From IMG/VR virus record IMGVR_UViG_3300033993_002218, positions 64,001 through 122,581 of that record: a stretch of 58,581 nucleotides of DNA; one strand, 5' to 3'. Every line of letters starts with the position of its first letter. Position 1 is the stretch's first letter. Shown here piece after piece: positions 1-9,924 of the stretch. Both the position numbers and the translations under genes were made by a program. The notes under the pieces are model-generated. The model was not told where the DNA came from and ran no database searches. It worked only from the letters and a program-made list of their open reading frames with translations. This DNA is from a virus (taxonomy: Duplodnaviria > Heunggongvirae > Uroviricota > Caudoviricetes).

Positions 1-2141
1 GTTGCACTAATTGTTACCGTACCAGTATTCTGATCTACCGAAATACCAGATCCTGCGGCAATATAAGTTACTCCTACTCCAGTAATTGTTTCACCATTGA
101 TAGAGATTGATGTTGCACTGATAATTCCAGTATTTCCATCAATAGTTATTCCAGATCCAACTACAATAGTATTAGTAGAACCATCAAGAGTGATTGATGA
201 TGTTCCTATCGTCAATATTCCAGTAATTCTTGCATCTCCATTTACAATCAGAGAAGTTGTTGCTCCACCGACAGTAACATTATTAAAAGTAGAAACACCA
301 ACACTCATACCTTCTGATGAGGTATTTCCATATCCAAGTGTTTGATCTAATGTTTGTGATCCTCCTCCACCCGAAACAGTAACAGTTACAACACCAGAAG
401 AAACTGGAGATACTATTAAATTATTACCAAAATTAATTGTTGTAGCAGTTCCAACTAAAACTTCATCATCCCGTATACCAATACCAATACCAGAACCCGA
501 GGCAACAATACCAGTTAATTGAGAACCATCACCCCTGAAGGAATTGGCAGTAATAATACCAGTGCTGTTTATATTAGCAACTGTTGCATTTTGAGTGGTT
601 AAAGTTTGAGTAGTTAGAGTTTGTGATTGAATTAATCCAGAAGCTCTTATATCAGTTTTTGTAATTGCTACACCATCACCAAAAATAGGATCTCCACCTA
701 CAAAAAATTCATAAGAATTACTTAAAATTGTATCTGTGGCAATTCCTAATCTTGCTATAGTTGTAATTCCCAGATTACCTGTAATTGATCCATTAAATGT
801 AATATTTCCATTTACATTTAAATTATTTGAAACAGTTAAGTTACTTGCAATTGTTGTTACACCAGTAAAATAAGAAGAACCTACAACATAAAGTTTTGTT
901 GGTGGATTGGTTATACCTAAACCAAGTTTTCCATCATAAGTAAGAGACATCAATGGATTTGATGGATTCTGACCATAAATCCAATGGAAAGCGCCAGTTC
1001 CTAATCCAGCAGAACCATAGTCAAGGTAATAGTTGACATTTCCAGTATTTGAGTTTATAATATCTAAAGAAGTTGGAGTACTATACAAATAAAATGTATT
1101 TGTGTTTCCAGTTCTTATCTCTGCACTTCTTCCAATTCCAATCGTAGAAACATTATTATCACTTATTACACTGATAGATGAAATTCCTGACTTGCGAACT
1201 TCTATATCTGCTTGAGGTGCTGTATTAGTTCCTACTCCAATTTTTGCAGGAAATCCGACAACATAAAGAGTATCAGTTACTGTAGCAACACCAGTTGAAC
1301 TGAATTGACTATTTACAGAATTAACAGAAATACTTCCACCAGAAGAAAGACTATTAGCAGTTGATGCAGTTCCTGTTAAGTTACCAACAAAACCAGATGC
1401 AGTTACAATGCCAGATACTATAATGTTTGATGGTAGTCTGGATGTACTTAATGTTCCTGAAGTAATATTAGATGCATTCAAGGAAGTAAGAGAAGCACCA
1501 GATCCAACAAATGATGATGCGGTAATAATTCCCGATAGAGTAATATTGGATGGAAATCTGGATGTACTTATTGTACCAGAAGTAATGTTGGATGCATTTA
1601 ATGATGTTAGATTACTTCCATTTCCAGAAAAAGATACTGCAGTTACGATTCCATTTGAATATACATCACCAGTAGAATTAATTCCAATACCAGTAGAATA
1701 AACAAGTGGATTTGCTCCAACTTGAAAGGTAAATGATGGACTTGTAGTAGCTATTCCAACATTTCCTACTGCATAAATGCTACTGACACCTATTCCAGTA
1801 TTTACATCAACCCATTGAGATGTTGGAAGATTAGAAAGTTTTGATCCATCCCCATAGTAAGTAACAACTCCAGAACTTGCAGTTACAATTCCAGAAGTAA
1901 TTGAAGTGACACCAACATTTAGGGTTGTAAATGAAGAAATTCCTGATAGATTAAGATTTCCAGTGTTTATTTCTGAGACACTTAAAATTCCAACTATTCT
2001 AACATCCCCAAAAACATTCAAAATATAATCTTTCAGTATAGTTGTTCCAATTCCAACCAAACCATTTTGATTAACTATGAAATTATCAGTATCTACCTGA
2101 ACACCATTTCTAAAATTAAATGATTTGTTATAATTTGCCAT
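1..2141 (-). CDS. Tail fibre / virion structural protein (runs off the window edge, 3' end missing)
   Basis: Not in the ORF track because it has no stop in the window. Manual translation from ATG at 2141: MANYNKSFNFRNGVQVDTDNFIVNQNGLVGIGTT..., G/S/T/I-rich with recurring GIGT motifs. Late-promoter-like ATAAATA lies just upstream (~2158-2164). Confidence 0.8.
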   Translation of the reverse strand, partial: MANYNKSFNFRNGVQVDTDNFIVNQNGLVGIGTTILKDYILNVFGDVRIVGILSVSEINTGNLNLSGISSFTTLNVGVTSITSGIVTASSGVVTYYGDGSKLSNLPTSQWVDVNTGIGVSSIYAVGNVGIATTSPSFTFQVGANPLVYSTGIGINSTGDVYSNGIVTAVSFSGNGSNLTSLNASNITSGTISTSRFPSNITLSGIITASSFVGSGASLTSLNASNITSGTLSTSRLPSNIIVSGIVTASGFVGNLTGTASTANSLSSGGSISVNSVNSQFSSTGVATVTDTLYVVGFPAKIGVGTNTAPQADIEVRKSGISSISVISDNNVSTIGIGRSAEIRTGNTNTFYLYSTPTSLDIINSNTGNVNYYLDYGSAGLGTGAFHWIYGQNPSNPLMSLTYDGKLGLGITNPPTKLYVVGSSYFTGVTTIASNLTVSNNLNVNGNITFNGSITGNLGITTIARLGIATDTILSNSYEFFVGGDPIFGDGVAITKTDIRASGLIQSQTLTTQTLTTQNATVANINSTGIITANSFRGDGSQLTGIVASGSGIGIGIRDDEVLVGTATTINFGNNLIVSPVSSGVVTVTVSGGGGSQTLDQTLGYGNTSSEGMSVGVSTFNNVTVGGATTSLIVNGDARITGILTIGTSSITLDGSTNTIVVGSGITIDGNTGIISATSISINGETITGVGVTYIAAGSGISVDQNTGTVTISA

Positions 2142-2161
2142 CTTGGAGACTTTTTAAGTAT

Positions 2162-2725
2162 TTATGAAACTCTCATAATGAATGCCAGTGCATAGTATGG
2201 AGGAAGGTTTTTGTTTGTTCCAGATTCACCATACGGATTAATTGTAACTGTGTGAGTATGATCTCCAGCAGCATTTATAATAGGACCATTAGATGGATTA
2301 TCTCCAGCCCAAGTAGTAGTAACATTAGTTGAACCCCCATCCCCATCACCATTTCTAAATGTTAAATCACTTACATAAGCTGTTCCAGTATCCTCTACCC
2401 GCTTTGTTTGATGATTAATAGAGTGAATGTGACCACCCGGATCACTTGTTGTTCCAGTGTGAGAGTGAGAAACTACAACAGCATCAGCACTACCACCACT
2501 ATCATCTGTTTGATAAGCACCACCAGAACATACAATAAATTTATCTACTAAGTTTGGAGTAAATTGCCCAGCAAGTGAACCTGATGTAATTAATGAATTA
2601 TTACACAATTGCCATCCTGTTGGAATCTCAGTTCCAGACCACATAATAATTCCACCAACTGGAATAGTTCCTGATGCTTTATTTCCTAATGTATCTCCCA
2701 ATAAACTTGCTTTTGTAACTGACAT
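2162..2725 (-). CDS. Tail-collar domain short fibre protein
   Basis: IPVGGIIMWSGTEIPTGWQLCN start and NLPPYYALAFIMR end are tail-collar/short-fibre signatures. Confidence 0.8.
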   Translation of the reverse strand: MSVTKASLLGDTLGNKASGTIPVGGIIMWSGTEIPTGWQLCNNSLITSGSLAGQFTPNLVDKFIVCSGGAYQTDDSGGSADAVVVSHSHTGTTSDPGGHIHSINHQTKRVEDTGTAYVSDLTFRNGDGDGGSTNVTTTWAGDNPSNGPIINAAGDHTHTVTINPYGESGTNKNLPPYYALAFIMRVS

Positions 2726-2744
2726 AATCGTTTATCTCCTTATA

Positions 2745-5700
2745 TTAGTATTTAATCACTGGAAGCATTCCAACATATGGTGGAAGGTTTGCGTTGGTTA
2801 TGTTACCTGGAGTTCCTGCGTAATTTACTGTTGTTGAAACAGTAATCCCGGTAGTATTAGGATTCATTGTAATTTGGTTTCCGCCAAGACCTCCACCGCC
2901 GGAACCACTACCATATCCACCAGTATTTCTAGCAATATCACTATTAACTGATGTGTGATCGTGTCCAGGATCGCCAACAGAGGAAGTTGCAGTATGATTA
3001 TGATAAGGAATTATTGCATCAGCAGTACCACTAGCATCTCCAGGAATTGCGGAGTATCCTACAAAATTATTAATTAGATTTGGAAGAGTTCCAGTGGCAC
3101 CATAAGTAGTTCCTAAGAAAGATCTTAGACTTTGTAATATTGAAGCATTTACTCCTTGGAAAGTTCCACTAGTTGGAATTACTCCACCATTACAAATCAA
3201 ATAACCCTCTGGCGCATCATATTGTGTTGCTCCAATAATTGCAGAACCACCTGTTGTAGTGTCTAAAGAAGATGCTGCCATATAAAATACTGAACCAACA
3301 GGAATTCCCGGTGCCCATTTAACTCCAGAAGATTGTGTGTTATCTGCAGTTAAAACATGTCCATTTGAACCAACTTGTAGTCTTGCAGCAGCATTATTTC
3401 CAGTTGCAACAAGAATTTCTCCTTTATTCTCCCAGTCAATATTTGAAATAAGAGAACCTTGACCACCCAGAGCAATAATAAAACATGAAACACCAGATGC
3501 AGGAGCAGTTGTGAATCTTATGGTACTAGTATTCTGACCACCAGATTGAACAACTATAAAGTCTGCACCAGGTCTTTGAATGACACCTCCAATGGATACA
3601 ATTAGATTTGCTGAACTTCCCGCAGGAATAAATGCAGTTCCATTAATTCTAAGAGTAAAGTCAGTCGTTGATCCATTAAAGGATCCGGAAATATCATCAC
3701 AAATTAATGAATTTCCAAGTGGAAAATCTCCAGAGATTGATGCACTATCTGCAGGAGTATATCCAAGAGCATTGGTAACTTCACGGAAACTAATGAAATC
3801 TTGGTTTCCATCAGCACGAAGCATCTTATAAGTGAGAATTCCATTTAAAACCGAAGATTGTGGAGTTGTTGCCTTAAACTTTGGTGATGTAACTCCTTCA
3901 GCACCTGTAACTGTAAGAATATCTCCAATTGTAGCGGAATTAACAATTCCTAAGGATGCTGCATTTAACTTTTTAGCAACTCCAATTCCACCAAGAACAC
4001 GAAGAGCACCAATTGAAGTTGATGTAGATTCTGTGATGTTTGAAATTTGAACACTTCCAGTAAATGTGGAATTTCCTCCAACATTCAGATTTTCACCAAC
4101 TCCAACTCCACCTTTAACAGTTAGAGCACCCTTTCCAATTGAATCTGATGATGTTGTATTAGTAACTCTAATTTGACCACTGAAGTTTGCAGTATTTTTA
4201 AATCTAGTTTGTTGGTTAAACGTAACTGGACCGTCAAACTGAGAAAGAACCGTTCCAGAATCACCACCCTCTACAAGAAGTCTTTCTTTTACTGTAACTT
4301 CATCATAAACAACACTTGATTTTGAAGCATCCTCTCCGGTAATTGTTGGAGTTGGAATATCATAAGAAGTGATCTCTCCAGAAGATGAAGATGTTTTAGT
4401 GTTTCCACTAAAGAAATCTCCATTATTATTCATACCAGTATAAACAACTACACCACCAGATCTTTCTTGAGACTGAACTAAGAAATCTTCTCTTTCTGAA
4501 AGTGATTTAACCTGAACTTGAGGTAATCCAGTTGAATAGTTCCCTGGTCCATATCCAAGATATTCAAATGTATGACCCGAAGCACGAAGAATTGATGGTC
4601 TGCGGAATTCAATTGGAACTGGTTTGACTTTACGAATTAAAGAATCAGTAGCATGAGATTCTTGACGAGTTCCAAAAGCACCACGAATAACATTAAATTG
4701 AGAATCATTACCTGAAGAAGTAATTCTCATAATTTCATTATCAATCTGAATATAAGATCCTAATGAAAATCTTTTCGCAATGGCAATTCCTGAATTAATA
4801 GTTTCTACATTTATGGTAGATTCAGTTGTAATTGCATTTGAAAGTTTAACAACTTCATTATCATAAAGTATAGTATGGCGAGATCCAATATTTTCTTGCC
4901 CAATATCAGAAATTGCATCATTGGCAGAAAATCCATGCTTCAGAATATGACCATTTGTAACACTTAAGGATTGTGAAGTAATGGCAGTAAATGAAGTTAC
5001 ATTTATTTTTTCTTCAACAACATAATCCCCAACGTTATTGTTACTTGAGTCAATGACTCTGAATTTATTACCTTTCAATAATCCATGAGGAGTTTGAGTT
5101 ACGAAAGTAGTAATTTGTGAAGTAGAATTATAAGAACTTGAAGTAATTTTAAAGGATGGTCCAGTAATAAACACATACTGACCAGAGATTGGTGTTGGAT
5201 CACTTCCTGTTTTTGCAATTGAAATTTGAGTATCAGATACAATATTACTAATTCTATAATACCCATCCGTTACTGTTCCAATACCAGTAATTTGAACTAC
5301 ATCCCCAATACTTGTAGAAATACCAGCAGTTGTAACTGTATATCCTCTACCATTACCAGCAACTCTGGACGAATCTAGATAAAGAACTTCACCATTTGCA
5401 TAACCAGATCCAGATGAAAGAATTGTAACTGAATCTACAGAACCACCAGATACAACTACCTTTGTAGTTGCACCCTTCCATGTTCCAACTGATGGATTTG
5501 GATCTCCATTTAGAAGTTTTACATCATAATGAGTTCCTGAAATGTAAGCAGCATCACCAACAGTATCAAAAGTTCCTTCTATAATTCCACCTAATCCATG
5601 TCTCCTTCCAAATGATAATGTTGCACTTGTGGAAGATGATGTGACTGATGTTATTGGTTTTCCGATTCCTAGAGAAGTTACTAACTTATCAATTGTTTCT

Positions 5701-8700
5701 CTAGTAATACTTTTTTTCAAATCACTTGTATTTGTATCGCCAATTGGAGAACGAAGCGCAAAAGTTTTTGCTGAAGGTGGATTAAATTCAATATTGTCTC
5801 TATCTAATTGTGGATAAAGATCAACTGGACTTTGAGAATATTCAAGATTTGTAAATTCTTCAGTAATTGCATTACTTGCATTTAAAACATATAAATGATA
5901 GATTCCATCTTGAGATCCTTCAACATAAGGTGAAATGACCTCGTTTCTATAAACATAAAGATTTGATTGACAATCATTTTTTTCAAAGCGAGGAAGATCT
6001 CTAACTTGTTCAGCAGTTGTTCTTAAGTTAATATTGTTTGTGCTTGTTGCTGCAGGTGTATGTATTTTCTCATTTACGTCAGTAGTTTCATATGTAAATG
6101 ACATATCATTTACAATTGTTTTAACTTCAAATTTACCATTGTAACCACGATCATATAAACCACTAGGATTATTATCATCAGTTACATTTCGAATGATAAC
6201 TAAATCACCAACATTCAAATCATGAGGAAGAGATGTTAATACCGTAACTGTATTTGTTGCTAGAGTACAAGTAGTAATGAATCTTGGATTTTTATCATAT
6301 TCATAATCTACCCCCGAAATGACGGTTTGAGTGAAATAATTTGTTCCTACACCAGTTGTACTAGATTCTTGAATAATAAATCCATCCTCTGGATTTTTTG
6401 ATCCAGGAAGTTCCTTTGGAATTACAACTCGGATTTTATAAATTTTTTCGTCTAAACTACGATCATCAACGATTCTCTTAATATAAGTTAAATCTGTAGT
6501 CTCACTTAATACAGAAACACCCAAGGCATTCAATTGATTATAAATTGCATTTGATGAATTTACTTGAATATACCAGTTTCCTGCAGTTTCATCAAATTGA
6601 ATTGGAGAACCAATTTCTCCCGCATTCTTATCAGAAACTCTACTGTAAATCTTGAGTTGTGCTCCTTTATAAATTTGAAGATCTTCTCCATTTAGAGCAT
6701 TTGTATATGAAGTTGCTAATTTGATTTGATCGGCGTTGAGATCAATACCAGAAACAATTGCATAGAAAATAACATGTGGAGTTACGTTTTCTGGAAGATC
6801 TCCAGTTTCACTATTGATAATAATTTTTTCACCATCTGAAAGATTGTGATTTGTGGTTAAAGTGAGAATAGAATTGGTAACACTTGCAACATCATACACT
6901 TTATACGAACTGGTGAATCCATCCTGCATGTAAATGTTTGCAGAATATTCAGTATTGTTAATCGGAAGATATAATTTATCATTTACTCTTGCACCAATTC
7001 TATATCCTTGTGTTATATTAACTGGAAGACTATCTCTTGCCGCCAATCCATAAAGATATATCTTATCTCCTAATGGATTATAAGTTGAGTTAGTTGTTAA
7101 TCCAACGTCAATTGACAACCATTCAATGTCCTCTTCCGCATTAACAATGTGCTTTGGTGGAATAATGGAAGTAATAAAGGCATTATTATCTTTATCAAAT
7201 GCTTCTGCTTTAAATCCATCGGAGTTTAAAGATATTTGTCCAAAGTTTGAATTTGAGTTTGTAATGGATGCATCTCCACCAGATTCAATATCAAAGTGTT
7301 TATTAAATCCAATCGCAAAAACAGAAACAATTTGAATAAACGAATCATTAGAAATTTTAATATGACTTGATTCCCAACCTTTTCTATAAATTGCGTTAGG
7401 ATCTAGATGATATACCTTTTGCGTATTTGTTTGCGATGCTCCGGTAGGTAATGCTGAACCATAAACTGCATTATCTACAGGGGTAACACCATTATAAGAC
7501 CTTGTTACTGGATCATATTTTACAAATGCACGATCATCTTTCTGCAATGAAACCGCAGTAAATTGTGCAACAACCATTGAACGGAAACCTGATGCTTTAG
7601 CACCATCTGCGTGCATTCCATTCATTCCCCATACCGATCTTAAAGAGCAGTTAAAGATATATGGAGAAGCACCAGATACTGTATCGGTTTCAACTGTTAC
7701 AGTTGCTCCCGTAGCAACTGGAGCAGGATCCAATGTAATTGGAAATGATTCCAATAAGTATGTGAATTGATTCTGATTTATAACATTTTGAACTTTTGTT
7801 GAAATATTATATTCAGGTACTGACACTCCTTTAATTTTAATTGGAGTTCCAGCATTCAAATTATGATCACTATTTGTGGTAACTGTAACTTGAGTGCTTG
7901 CTGTAGTTCCATTACCAGAAATAATTGTTTGAATTTCAATTGGATCGGTAGCAAATGCACCTACAATTTCCCATTCAGGATCTCTTTTCGCAAAGTTTTC
8001 TTCACCACTCGGAAACTTTGAACTTGCTGGAATTTGACGATATGTATTGAAAGCATTGGATAATTTGCTATAATACATATCAAGGTCGGTAAGACCATAT
8101 GTTCCAACTTCATTTACACCATCAGCATACTCAAAGCAAGTGAGTTTGTGGTGAGAAAATCTTGGAACAGATTGGTAATTAGTATTAAAAAGAGATGGAT
8201 GAGTATAAACTAATCCACTTTCATCACCATCAAAAAATGAAAACTGCCAGAAATAACAAGCACCAGTTACTCTGAAAATTGAAGACTTTTTAACTGCATT
8301 ATCAGTTGGATTTGGAACATATTTTGGACGAACTTTTGTTTTTCTTAAATCTAATCCAACAATTGAAGTTCCTCTTGGAATTATAACTCCACCTCTGACA
8401 CTATTAAACTTATAGAGAATATTATCTTCTTGTGTAAGATCAAAATTAGAATCTAGTTCTAAAGATAATGTTGTAAGTGCTGGTGCTCCTACTCCTCCAG
8501 TTGGTGGAACCGCAAAAGCAGTTCCTATATTATCATAAATTGCATATCCAGGTCTATTATCAATTAAATGTTCTCCAGGAAAAACTAAGATTGTAGTCTT
8601 TTCTACAAGATCATTATCTCTTCCATTCACAAAAGAGAATCTTGCTGCTTCTAAGAGTGCCCTTTGAATGGTTTTAAAAGGTTGTGCAAGAGAATTTCCA

Positions 8701-8801
8701 GTATTTTCAATTGAATCTGTAGAATCAAGATCATAAGGATTTACATATAGTGTGCGTCCATCAGTATTCTTGATGAAATTAGATAATTTGTTGAGTGGCA
8801 A
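2745..8801 (-). CDS. Large virion structural protein (baseplate wedge/fibre) with C-terminal tail-collar domain; TTG start
   Basis: 2018 aa. MPLNKLSNFIKNTDGRTLYVNP start is typical of cyanomyophage giant structural proteins; C-terminal IPVGSVFYMAA...GYLICNG...NLPPY collar. Codon at 8801 is TTG, preceded by AGAGGA. Confidence 0.8.
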   Translation of the reverse strand: MPLNKLSNFIKNTDGRTLYVNPYDLDSTDSIENTGNSLAQPFKTIQRALLEAARFSFVNGRDNDLVEKTTILVFPGEHLIDNRPGYAIYDNIGTAFAVPPTGGVGAPALTTLSLELDSNFDLTQEDNILYKFNSVRGGVIIPRGTSIVGLDLRKTKVRPKYVPNPTDNAVKKSSIFRVTGACYFWQFSFFDGDESGLVYTHPSLFNTNYQSVPRFSHHKLTCFEYADGVNEVGTYGLTDLDMYYSKLSNAFNTYRQIPASSKFPSGEENFAKRDPEWEIVGAFATDPIEIQTIISGNGTTASTQVTVTTNSDHNLNAGTPIKIKGVSVPEYNISTKVQNVINQNQFTYLLESFPITLDPAPVATGATVTVETDTVSGASPYIFNCSLRSVWGMNGMHADGAKASGFRSMVVAQFTAVSLQKDDRAFVKYDPVTRSYNGVTPVDNAVYGSALPTGASQTNTQKVYHLDPNAIYRKGWESSHIKISNDSFIQIVSVFAIGFNKHFDIESGGDASITNSNSNFGQISLNSDGFKAEAFDKDNNAFITSIIPPKHIVNAEEDIEWLSIDVGLTTNSTYNPLGDKIYLYGLAARDSLPVNITQGYRIGARVNDKLYLPINNTEYSANIYMQDGFTSSYKVYDVASVTNSILTLTTNHNLSDGEKIIINSETGDLPENVTPHVIFYAIVSGIDLNADQIKLATSYTNALNGEDLQIYKGAQLKIYSRVSDKNAGEIGSPIQFDETAGNWYIQVNSSNAIYNQLNALGVSVLSETTDLTYIKRIVDDRSLDEKIYKIRVVIPKELPGSKNPEDGFIIQESSTTGVGTNYFTQTVISGVDYEYDKNPRFITTCTLATNTVTVLTSLPHDLNVGDLVIIRNVTDDNNPSGLYDRGYNGKFEVKTIVNDMSFTYETTDVNEKIHTPAATSTNNINLRTTAEQVRDLPRFEKNDCQSNLYVYRNEVISPYVEGSQDGIYHLYVLNASNAITEEFTNLEYSQSPVDLYPQLDRDNIEFNPPSAKTFALRSPIGDTNTSDLKKSITRETIDKLVTSLGIGKPITSVTSSSTSATLSFGRRHGLGGIIEGTFDTVGDAAYISGTHYDVKLLNGDPNPSVGTWKGATTKVVVSGGSVDSVTILSSGSGYANGEVLYLDSSRVAGNGRGYTVTTAGISTSIGDVVQITGIGTVTDGYYRISNIVSDTQISIAKTGSDPTPISGQYVFITGPSFKITSSSYNSTSQITTFVTQTPHGLLKGNKFRVIDSSNNNVGDYVVEEKINVTSFTAITSQSLSVTNGHILKHGFSANDAISDIGQENIGSRHTILYDNEVVKLSNAITTESTINVETINSGIAIAKRFSLGSYIQIDNEIMRITSSGNDSQFNVIRGAFGTRQESHATDSLIRKVKPVPIEFRRPSILRASGHTFEYLGYGPGNYSTGLPQVQVKSLSEREDFLVQSQERSGGVVVYTGMNNNGDFFSGNTKTSSSSGEITSYDIPTPTITGEDASKSSVVYDEVTVKERLLVEGGDSGTVLSQFDGPVTFNQQTRFKNTANFSGQIRVTNTTSSDSIGKGALTVKGGVGVGENLNVGGNSTFTGSVQISNITESTSTSIGALRVLGGIGVAKKLNAASLGIVNSATIGDILTVTGAEGVTSPKFKATTPQSSVLNGILTYKMLRADGNQDFISFREVTNALGYTPADSASISGDFPLGNSLICDDISGSFNGSTTDFTLRINGTAFIPAGSSANLIVSIGGVIQRPGADFIVVQSGGQNTSTIRFTTAPASGVSCFIIALGGQGSLISNIDWENKGEILVATGNNAAARLQVGSNGHVLTADNTQSSGVKWAPGIPVGSVFYMAASSLDTTTGGSAIIGATQYDAPEGYLICNGGVIPTSGTFQGVNASILQSLRSFLGTTYGATGTLPNLINNFVGYSAIPGDASGTADAIIPYHNHTATSSVGDPGHDHTSVNSDIARNTGGYGSGSGGGGLGGNQITMNPNTTGITVSTTVNYAGTPGNITNANLPPYVGMLPVIKY

Positions 8802-8846
8802 AATTCTGTCCTCTTTTTACTCTCTTCTATCCTTTATTTATTAATC

Positions 8847-9140
8847 TTAAGCATAGAGTGGTTCTATATCATCAGGCATATCTTCAGGGTTTTCTAACTC
8901 AACTGGAAAGAAGCATGGATGGACTTCTTCATCTATCAGATAGAAAGAGTTTTTATATAAGTCTTCTGGTTCAAATGCACGATACTTATCTGCCAATTTA
9001 CAGAGTTCTTGGTCGTATAAGTGCCCATCTGGTAATTCATCAAAGGTAAAAGGAATCTCGTTGATGAAGTACATTTTCACTATCATACTACCTTCATTAT
9101 ACCAGCAATATGCGTGAGTGATTTTATACTTTAAAGACAT
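8847..9140 (-). CDS. Conserved cyanophage hypothetical protein
   Basis: MSLKYKITHAYCWY...KMYFINEIPFTFDEL resembles a recurrent cyanomyophage ORF. Start placed at the Met at 9140, downstream of ATAAATA (~9162-9168). Confidence 0.6.
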   Translation of the reverse strand: MSLKYKITHAYCWYNEGSMIVKMYFINEIPFTFDELPDGHLYDQELCKLADKYRAFEPEDLYKNSFYLIDEEVHPCFFPVELENPEDMPDDIEPLYA

Positions 9141-9164
9141 AGGAGTTGTTCCCATATCTTATAT

Positions 9165-9878
9165 TTATTTTAACCATTTGCGAATAGTATTGTCACTAAC
9201 ACCATATTTTTTCCCAACGGCAACATAAGAACTTTCTTGTAACTCTATAAGTAATTGTTCTATCGGTGGTCTTTCAACTCTTCTTTGAGATTTTGAATGA
9301 CATAAAAAGCAAAGACCAGTTTTGGATTTTGTTTTTAACTCAACTTCACAAGAAGAGCAATTATAAACTTTTTTAATTTTTTCTATTTGATTTTTATTTT
9401 TTAATGTTTGTGAATTTTTACTTCTTTTATTTTTACCACGATATGTTGGTGTTTTAGCGTGACAATTTGGGCATAAGATTTTTAAATTTTCTAATATATT
9501 GTTATAATGGTCTCCGTCAATATGATCTAGTTCTAATGGTATTGGTTCACCTAACCACTCACTTAGACCACAACATTCACATTTATATTCCTTTATTCCT
9601 TCACTTATTAATCTTTTTCTCAGTTTATTTGAACTATACCCATAATCTTTAACCAATATCTCATCTAATGGAATAGTGTTAAAGTTATGTGTTTTTCCCT
9701 TTAAATGACCTTGACCAGTAAAGTGGGAAGTATCTATTGCATATAGTTTTTCAAATTTTTTAAATACTCTATAATTGCCTCCTCTTGGGGAGACGCCAAG
9801 TTTAGTAAGTGCCTGAGCAATAGAATAACTTCCTTGAACAGCGTTTTTAAATTCTTCTATTGTATATGAATGTTTCAT
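9165..9878 (-). CDS. Free-standing HNH (homing) endonuclease
   Basis: CECC...ELDHIDGDHYNN..ENLKILCPNCH HNH/Zn motif, a second Cys cluster (CSSC...CFLC) and a C-terminal HTH (VAVGKKYGVSDNTIRKWL). Confidence 0.88.
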   Translation of the reverse strand: MKHSYTIEEFKNAVQGSYSIAQALTKLGVSPRGGNYRVFKKFEKLYAIDTSHFTGQGHLKGKTHNFNTIPLDEILVKDYGYSSNKLRKRLISEGIKEYKCECCGLSEWLGEPIPLELDHIDGDHYNNILENLKILCPNCHAKTPTYRGKNKRSKNSQTLKNKNQIEKIKKVYNCSSCEVELKTKSKTGLCFLCHSKSQRRVERPPIEQLLIELQESSYVAVGKKYGVSDNTIRKWLK

Positions 9879-9900
9879 ACTGATAAACGCATTATATAGT

Positions 9901-9908
9901 TATTTATA
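9901..9908 (-). promoter_or_regulatory. T4-type late promoter TATAAATA for the HNH gene
   Basis: Exact TATAAATA on the minus strand, 22 nt before the ATG, embedded in a hairpin (9882-9918). Confidence 0.75.
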
Positions 9909-9924
9909 TAAGTTTATCGGTTCA

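Noticed and set aside
97-7335. Short plus-strand ORFs opposite the fibre genes (e.g. 97-345, 1408-1701, 3580-4050, 5629-5817, 7126-7335)
   Set aside because: Antisense shadows of low-complexity minus-strand structural genes; no RBS or recognisable motifs.
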